Origin: a virus
Virus record (IMG/VR): IMGVR_UViG_3300017917_002644
Span: 1-64,000 of that record
Strand: one strand, 5' to 3'
DNA: 64,000 nucleotides
Both the position numbers and the translations under genes were made by a program. Position 1 is the first letter of the stretch. Each line of letters opens with the position of its first letter. This document shows, in pieces, positions 58,498 to 64,000 of this stretch. Under the pieces are notes generated by a model, which worked only from the letters and a program-made list of their open reading frames with translations, was not told where the DNA came from and ran no database searches.

Positions 58498-58989
58498 TTA
58501 AAATCTTTTAACCAATTCAGTATAATCTCTGGTTAATGCCTTTGTTATCGCATCTGTTTCTGTATTCATAGGAATATTTCCACCATGCAAATCTGCTCCT
58601 CTGAAATCCATAGTTTCCCACTCATCATCCATACCCATTTCCGGTTGTAGTGAATCTAATACACTCGGTGCCGCACCCTCTGCTCTTTGTGCAGAAGTAA
58701 ATGGTGTGGTTTGATTTAATATCTCATTTAAAACCGGGTCTTTAGTAAATTCTCTTTGTTGTACTGGTCTTTGTTGTGTTGGAATAACACTCTGTCTTTT
58801 TATAGGAGCAGTAGCGGTTACTTCCGTTAATTCCATCAACGAAGTAGATTGTTTCTTTTGTGAGTTTAGAGTAACTGCACCAGATTTAATAAGTTTACCC
58901 AATTGTTCTTTAAGTTGTTCTTTAACTTGTGCTTTCACTTCGTTTTTTACAACTTCTTTAATAAGGGTCAATAAAACGTCTGATTTCAT
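58498..58989 (-). CDS. Hypothetical protein
   Basis: N-terminal LIKEVVKNEV helix; LNEILNQT; ALTRDYTEL. Confidence 0.6.
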   Translation of the reverse strand: MKSDVLLTLIKEVVKNEVKAQVKEQLKEQLGKLIKSGAVTLNSQKKQSTSLMELTEVTATAPIKRQSVIPTQQRPVQQREFTKDPVLNEILNQTTPFTSAQRAEGAAPSVLDSLQPEMGMDDEWETMDFRGADLHGGNIPMNTETDAITKALTRDYTELVKRF

Positions 58990-59010
58990 AAAAATTGTTG
59001 TTTTGTTAGT

Positions 59011-59019
59011 TATAAATAT
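59011..59019 (-). promoter_or_regulatory. Putative late promoter ATATTTATA
   Basis: Intergenic, upstream of ATG 58989. Confidence 0.6.
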
Positions 59020-59032
59020 AATAAGTTAAAAT

Positions 59033-59581
59033 TTAATCAGGTATTTGATATCCTTTCCATTTCACTATTCCTGGTGCAGGTGGTGCAGGTGGTGGATATT
59101 GTGCTATAACACTGTAAGTTCCGGATACGGTAGTTAAATGTAATTTAGCTGAATTTATAAATGCGTTTAAGAATTGTTCGGGATTATTATTTGGTGGAAC
59201 TTTAATTGATGTCCATTTTCCAGGATTTATAACAATTCCCGCAGTTGTAGATATATTTTTAATTGAACCCGGAGCGGGTATTTTTGGTGGTGGAAATTTT
59301 GACATTTTACCACCAATCCAATAAATAATAACAGCAGGACCAACTACTTCTAAAAATGTTACAACTTTTGCTTTTTGAGTTTGTTCTAAAAATCTTATAA
59401 TAGATTCTTGCATCAATATAGGATTACCCTTTGCTAAAGGAACACCGTTTGCAGGGTCTTTGCCTGATTTAACTGCGGTATCATATGCAAATGTAAATGC
59501 TTTAGCAAAATCACTAATACTTTTGTAAGAGTTATTCTGCATCTGTGGCAATAATGTTTTTTTGAATGTACCCCAAGACAT
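59033..59581 (-). CDS. Hypothetical baseplate-associated protein
   Basis: Directly after the spike gene; Pro-rich. Confidence 0.5.
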   Translation of the reverse strand: MSWGTFKKTLLPQMQNNSYKSISDFAKAFTFAYDTAVKSGKDPANGVPLAKGNPILMQESIIRFLEQTQKAKVVTFLEVVGPAVIIYWIGGKMSKFPPPKIPAPGSIKNISTTAGIVINPGKWTSIKVPPNNNPEQFLNAFINSAKLHLTTVSGTYSVIAQYPPPAPPAPGIVKWKGYQIPD

Positions 59582-59584
59582 AGT

Positions 59585-60799
59585 TTATTTACTTAAAAAA
59601 TTTCTTGCAGATAGTAAAGTTTTTAACTTAGATTTAATTGAATTAAATTGAGCAGAATTTGTTGGTGCAACGGATGATGGACCGGATGGTGTCAAATATT
59701 GTTGTTTATTTATTGCATCAATTAATTCTCCTAATATTTTTACTAACTCTCCACCTAATACCATTTTTTGAACATCTGCCCCAGCATCACCTTCACCTGT
59801 ATTTTTTCCTAAAAATATTTTACCATTTTCTGAATTTAAAAATATTTGGTTTGCTCCTGCTGAATGGATTGTTACTTTGTTGTTTGAGTGTAGGTAAATT
59901 TCCTTTTCTGCATCTATTGAATAATTACCATCTGTTACTACACCCGTATTACCTCTACCAAAAATAATAAATTCGTATGCTTTTGATGAAAGTACAACTC
60001 TATCAGAATTTATAAAAACTTGGTCACCACTTAAATCTTTTGAGTTTGGAAAATCTTTAAATCCTACTCTTGTTTTTTTTACAGTTTCTACAAATGGAAC
60101 TTTAACTTTATTTGATGTTATGTAAATAGATGAACCATCTTTGTTTATATCTTCATCAACCAATTCTCCAATTTTTTTAGAATCTAACTCTGGATTTTGT
60201 TTGTTACGAATGAATATTGATGGAGATGATGTTTTACCATCTTCGGTTAAATGGAATTCACTAAAACGAATTGTGTTACCAACTCTACCACTTATAATAG
60301 TATCACCTTCTTTTGGGTTTAAGAATTTTATTTTTTCTTTTACCTGATATTGTTTTTCCTGTGATTTAGTTTGAGTTGGTGTCTGGTTTGGTGTTCCTGT
60401 ATTTTTAGTTTCTTTATATTCTTTACTTTTATCATCACCACTAACCTTTTCAACTTTCTTTTCTTTTGTTGCTTCAGAAGTTTTGTAATCTTCTCTATAA
60501 TTTGGATAATGTGTTATTGAATATGGCATCCAATAATAATCGTTTCCTATTTCTATTATTAAAACAGTTTCACCAACTATTGGAAATGTTATATTATTTT
60601 TATCAAATGGAAAAGCGTATCCTTCTAATTTAATAGAGTATTCTCTACTAAACTCAACTACTCCTAAAAAACGAACATCATTATCATCAAAATTGGAGTT
60701 ATTATTATATTTTTTAATAAAATCTCCAGTTTTATCTAATTTCTTATCCGATTTAAGATATACTTTTGTTACAGATGCTAAAAATGTTTCTTTTATCAT
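59585..60799 (-). CDS. Baseplate hub/central spike protein (gp5/gpV-like, no lysozyme domain seen)
   Basis: FPIVGETV (OB fold), EGDTIISGRVGNTIRF, beta-helix-like stretch, VLGGELVKIL..TPSGP. Confidence 0.65.
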   Translation of the reverse strand: MIKETFLASVTKVYLKSDKKLDKTGDFIKKYNNNSNFDDNDVRFLGVVEFSREYSIKLEGYAFPFDKNNITFPIVGETVLIIEIGNDYYWMPYSITHYPNYREDYKTSEATKEKKVEKVSGDDKSKEYKETKNTGTPNQTPTQTKSQEKQYQVKEKIKFLNPKEGDTIISGRVGNTIRFSEFHLTEDGKTSSPSIFIRNKQNPELDSKKIGELVDEDINKDGSSIYITSNKVKVPFVETVKKTRVGFKDFPNSKDLSGDQVFINSDRVVLSSKAYEFIIFGRGNTGVVTDGNYSIDAEKEIYLHSNNKVTIHSAGANQIFLNSENGKIFLGKNTGEGDAGADVQKMVLGGELVKILGELIDAINKQQYLTPSGPSSVAPTNSAQFNSIKSKLKTLLSARNFLSK

Positions 60800-60800
60800 T

Positions 60801-61205
60801 TTATAGTTTAGTTTTTATTTCCTCTATCTCAATTTGGATATCGTTTAATTTTTCTTTCTGCTCTTCTTCTACTTTGGATATTGTATCCTCCATCTCACTT
60901 AGTAATTGTTCTTTTTCTGCATCACTTAACCAACCATCTTCACCAATGCCCTTTGCTTCAGCTGCCGCTAATCTCTGTGCAATAGTTGCTAATTTAATTA
61001 AATGGTCATCGTTCTTTATTGATGCATCTATTAAATCTTTTATAATTGGTGCGATAACTGTTGCTTCTCCAACATTTTTAATCAACTTTCTTAAAGATTC
61101 AATCATATCAGATATGTTTTTCTTTTTGTTTTGTTGATTTTCGTAAATATCTTTAAATAATGATGATAAATTCTTACCATCAAATAATTGAAATTCCGTT
61201 GACAT
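60801..61205 (-). CDS. Hypothetical helical protein
   Basis: 134-aa ORF in the operon. Confidence 0.6.
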   Translation of the reverse strand: MSTEFQLFDGKNLSSLFKDIYENQQNKKKNISDMIESLRKLIKNVGEATVIAPIIKDLIDASIKNDDHLIKLATIAQRLAAAEAKGIGEDGWLSDAEKEQLLSEMEDTISKVEEEQKEKLNDIQIEIEEIKTKL

Positions 61206-61228
61206 AATTGTTTATTTTATACTAATAA

Positions 61229-62920
61229 TTATTTACTTATCAAATAATTCCCCATAACGAGATAATCCATATCGGAATTTAAGAATGTCCAAATTGCATC
61301 GTATGGAGAATTTGCCATAGTTTTACCTCTTAAATTGAATGATGTATTTAATAGAATTGGAGTTCCACTAACCTTTTCAAACTCTTTTAATAAATCGTAA
61401 TAGAGTGGGTTTTGTTCTCTTCTAACGGTTTGTATTCTTGCTGAACCATCAACGTGGGTTACCGATGGAATTGGTTTGTAATCAGTTACTTTAACCACCT
61501 GATTCATATAAGGAACTTCTTCTTCCGAAATAAAATACTTTTCAAAATCTTCAATAGTTACCGATGGTGCAAATGGTCGGAACATTTCCCTTTTTTTGAC
61601 AACCTTATTAATTCTATCTCTAATATCTTTAATATGTGGGTTACCCAATATAGAACGATTACCCAATGCTCTTGCACCAAATTCAGTTCTATTTTGAAAC
61701 CATCCTATAATATTACCTTCATTTATCAGTTTAGAAACTTTTTTAAGTAATGGTTTATCACCTAAAAATTCCCATCTATCTTTTCCAAAGTTTTCGGTTA
61801 TCCACATTTCAATAACTTCGTTATCATATTTAGGTCCTAAGTAAGGTGTTTGATTATCACCTCCTTCTACTTTTGGATTTCCTAATATATTGTGCCAATG
61901 ATATAAACAAGCTCCAATAGAAGAACCCGCATCAGATGGCGCGTATGGTATCCATACCGAATTGATTGCTGCGTGCTTTTTTATTTTACCGTTTGCAGTT
62001 CCGTTGTATGCACATCCTCCACCTAACACTAAGTTTTTGGAATCAACTTTGGATGCCAATCGGTTTAGAATAAAATAGAACTTTTTCTCATACCATTTTT
62101 GGAGTGATGCTGCCAAATCCATATGGTGTTGTTCTATCTTTTCTTCTGGTAATCTTGGTTCAAATCCTATTAGTTTATTTAATTCGTAAGTAAACATTTC
62201 TGTATTTGAATATTCCCAAGTGAAGTATTTTTTAACAACCTGAAAAAGATGTTTACTATTTCTTTCTATTTTATCAAAAACATACTCATATACTTTTGGG
62301 TCACCGTATGGTGCCAATCCCATAACTTTATATTCCCCACTATTTGGTTTGAATCCTAAGTAGGAGGTTATTGTGGAATAAACTAATCCCAAAGAATGTG
62401 GAAACTTTATATTATCTATTTCTTGGAACCCATTTTCATTACATACAGCAAATAATGCAGTATCCCACTCACCCACACCATCAATTGAAACCCCCAATGC
62501 TTCTTTGTATGGAGATGTGTAGTATGAAAAAGCAAGATGTGAATAATGGTGTTTTACATATACAATTTTACCATCATATCCAATTGTTTCTTTTAAATAG
62601 TTTTTTAAATCACCCTCTGTTTTAGAAAATGTTTCCTTGAAATCATTCCAAGTTTTGTTTTTAGAAATCCATCTTTTTCCTAATGTTTTAGAAACTCTAT
62701 CGTATTTTAATTCGGGTTCTTCATACCAACAAACTACATCTACATCACTAATTTTAACTTTTGCATAATCTAAACAGAATTGAATAGCCTGTAAAGGAAA
62801 AGAGTTATCGTGCTTAATGCCAGATAACTTCTCTTCTTCAATAGCTGCTATTACTTTTCCATCAATAACTATAACTGCTGATGAATCGTGATAAAATGCG
62901 GATAATCCTAATTGTATCAT
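61229..62920 (-). CDS. Carbamoyltransferase (NodU/CmcH/TobZ family)
   Basis: HDSSA, HHYSH, IDGVGE, EYKVMGLAPYG, EFGARALGNRS, REMFRPFAP, HVDGSARIQTV, LNTSFN. Confidence 0.93.
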   Translation of the reverse strand: MIQLGLSAFYHDSSAVIVIDGKVIAAIEEEKLSGIKHDNSFPLQAIQFCLDYAKVKISDVDVVCWYEEPELKYDRVSKTLGKRWISKNKTWNDFKETFSKTEGDLKNYLKETIGYDGKIVYVKHHYSHLAFSYYTSPYKEALGVSIDGVGEWDTALFAVCNENGFQEIDNIKFPHSLGLVYSTITSYLGFKPNSGEYKVMGLAPYGDPKVYEYVFDKIERNSKHLFQVVKKYFTWEYSNTEMFTYELNKLIGFEPRLPEEKIEQHHMDLAASLQKWYEKKFYFILNRLASKVDSKNLVLGGGCAYNGTANGKIKKHAAINSVWIPYAPSDAGSSIGACLYHWHNILGNPKVEGGDNQTPYLGPKYDNEVIEMWITENFGKDRWEFLGDKPLLKKVSKLINEGNIIGWFQNRTEFGARALGNRSILGNPHIKDIRDRINKVVKKREMFRPFAPSVTIEDFEKYFISEEEVPYMNQVVKVTDYKPIPSVTHVDGSARIQTVRREQNPLYYDLLKEFEKVSGTPILLNTSFNLRGKTMANSPYDAIWTFLNSDMDYLVMGNYLISK

Positions 62921-62923
62921 ATA

Positions 62924-63613
62924 CTAAATGTTTATATCACCATCATCCATAAATTGGTTAAACAACTCAATTTGTTTTTCTTTCATTTTATTTACAACCT
63001 TTGTTATGTAATGAGTTGGGTGACCTGTCATTTCCCTAATAAGTAGATATAAAGATTTTTTATTGAAATTTTCTATGTATTCTGCTCTTCTGAATAATTC
63101 TAAAACAGCATCTGCGATTTGCATATCTCTCTTTTTTGGGAAATGATTTTCTAAATGTTCATCCCAATATTCCAACATTCGTTTGTTGAATGTTTTGAAC
63201 TCATCGTTTTGCGTTTCTTCTTTCCAATTGTTTTCCGTATCCCAACCTTGTGGCATTTGAGACATGATATCGGTATCTTTGTATCGTTTGTAATTGGAAT
63301 TATTTGTGAGGATAAGATAGTTTCTTGCAACAATAGTAAAGTAAGAGAATGCTTTACCTTTACCTGCTTGATACATATGAATCTTTTCAATCATAAAGGC
63401 AACAACCTCACACATTACATCTTGAGGGTCATCATCAAAATAACTGAACTTCCATTTGTTGTAAACTATTTCTGCAAGTTTATCAAATGCAGGTTTAATC
63501 CTATCTTTATAGATTTTATCTTTTTCTAATTGGTTTTCGGAATTATTATACTCTATGATAGCATCTTCCGTATCTTTTGTAAAATATTGTTTATTTCTCG
63601 GTTTTCTCGGCAT
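62924..63613 (-). CDS. gp55: Phage sigma factor for late transcription (T4 gp55-like)
   Basis: YF..AIIEYN..KLAE..KF.Y..KGKAFSYFTIVARNYL resembles the gp55 region-2 motif (FAYFT). Confidence 0.65.
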   Translation of the reverse strand: MPRKPRNKQYFTKDTEDAIIEYNNSENQLEKDKIYKDRIKPAFDKLAEIVYNKWKFSYFDDDPQDVMCEVVAFMIEKIHMYQAGKGKAFSYFTIVARNYLILTNNSNYKRYKDTDIMSQMPQGWDTENNWKEETQNDEFKTFNKRMLEYWDEHLENHFPKKRDMQIADAVLELFRRAEYIENFNKKSLYLLIREMTGHPTHYITKVVNKMKEKQIELFNQFMDDGDINI

Positions 63614-63878
63614 CGTTCTGTTTGATTTTGAATTTTTCGATAGTTTCTTTTATTTGATAAAATATAGAACCTACTTCATCATCCTTCTCAAACATTTGAC
63701 GATTATCAATCTGTCTTAATGCCTCCAGTAATGCTTCGTTTCTTGTTAATTCAGTATCTATGAATTGGTTGTATTCTTCAACAACATCTTCATATTTTTC
63801 TAATTTCTTTAAAAGATTAATTGTAGCAAAAAATAATGCAACAATTAAAACTGATAATATTCCTATTGTTAATTCCAT
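63591..63878 (-). CDS. Hypothetical membrane-anchored protein
   Basis: N-terminal TM helix followed by a coiled coil. Confidence 0.6.
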   Translation of the reverse strand: MELTIGILSVLIVALFFATINLLKKLEKYEDVVEEYNQFIDTELTRNEALLEALRQIDNRQMFEKDDEVGSIFYQIKETIEKFKIKQNDAEKTEK

Positions 63879-63879
63879 A

Positions 63880-64000
63880 TTATACTACCTCATATCCTTT
63901 TAAAAAATAATCATTTGCTTTTTTATATTTAACCTCAACCATTTCTCCTTGTGGTGATTTCATTACAATCCTATCGTTTCTACCAAAGTTGTTTTTTTTG
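63880..64000 (-). CDS. 3' end of an upstream gene (partial)
   Basis: Manual translation KKNNFGRNDRIVMKSPQGEMVEVKYKKANDYFLKGYEVV*. Confidence 0.6.
   Translation of the reverse strand, partial: KKNNFGRNDRIVMKSPQGEMVEVKYKKANDYFLKGYEVV

Noticed and set aside
3613-59019. Reading plus-strand TATAAATA as canonical T4 late promoters
   Set aside because: They would point away from every adjacent gene, and the motif flips in front of the single plus-strand gene, so the functional orientation is more likely ATATTTAT.
187-63529. Dozens of plus-strand ORFs of 60-200 aa in the track
   Set aside because: They are antisense shadows of well-supported minus-strand genes, with F/S/L-rich composition and no motifs. 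Only 39221..39403 is retained.
1-64000. Stop-codon reassignment, tRNA/rRNA genes, IS elements or integrase
   Set aside because: Code 11 gives dense full-length genes ending in TAA, TAG and TGA; intergenic gaps are too short and AT-rich for structured RNA genes; no transposase or integrase motifs were seen.

Overview
This 64 kb window is from an AT-rich, T4-like (Myoviridae-morphology) large dsDNA phage. Nearly all genes are on the minus strand and use standard code 11. Three perfect TTTG-N20-TAnnTTTG promoters and A-rich start regions without Shine-Dalgarno motifs point to a Bacteroidota host. By coordinate the window contains: a head module (prohead protease, core/internal proteins, portal, terminase); a 1494-aa multi-enzyme polyprotein punctuated by prohead-protease-type [LIVF]-x-E sites; a ~20 kb glycan synthesis/modification island (HAD phosphatase, GatZ-like epimerase, AroE-like dehydrogenase, cupin-nucleotidyltransferase-kinase fusion, 3 SGNH proteins, 7 paralogous GT-like genes, radical SAM, 2 GT7-LamG, GT2-like, methyltransferase, GT4-like); a tail fibre with S74 chaperone; an Ntn hydrolase; a recombination/replication cassette (Mre11-Rad50 fusion, primase, T7 endonuclease I-like); a baseplate module; a carbamoyltransferase; and a gp55-like sigma factor. 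The strongest leads are (1) a candidate programmed -1 frameshift (A_AAA_AAG, 7-nt spacer, hairpin) that adds a protease-cleavable membrane anchor to a prohead protein, (2) a capsid-packaged, protease-processed effector polyprotein with T4-like capsid-targeting leaders on neighbouring proteins, (3) a possible virion glycosylation system acting on (S/T)-(G/A/S)-S motifs enriched in tail and baseplate proteins, and (4) an ATATTTAT late-promoter motif, the reverse complement of T4's TATAAATA core. Family assignments come from motif recognition by eye, not from database searches.
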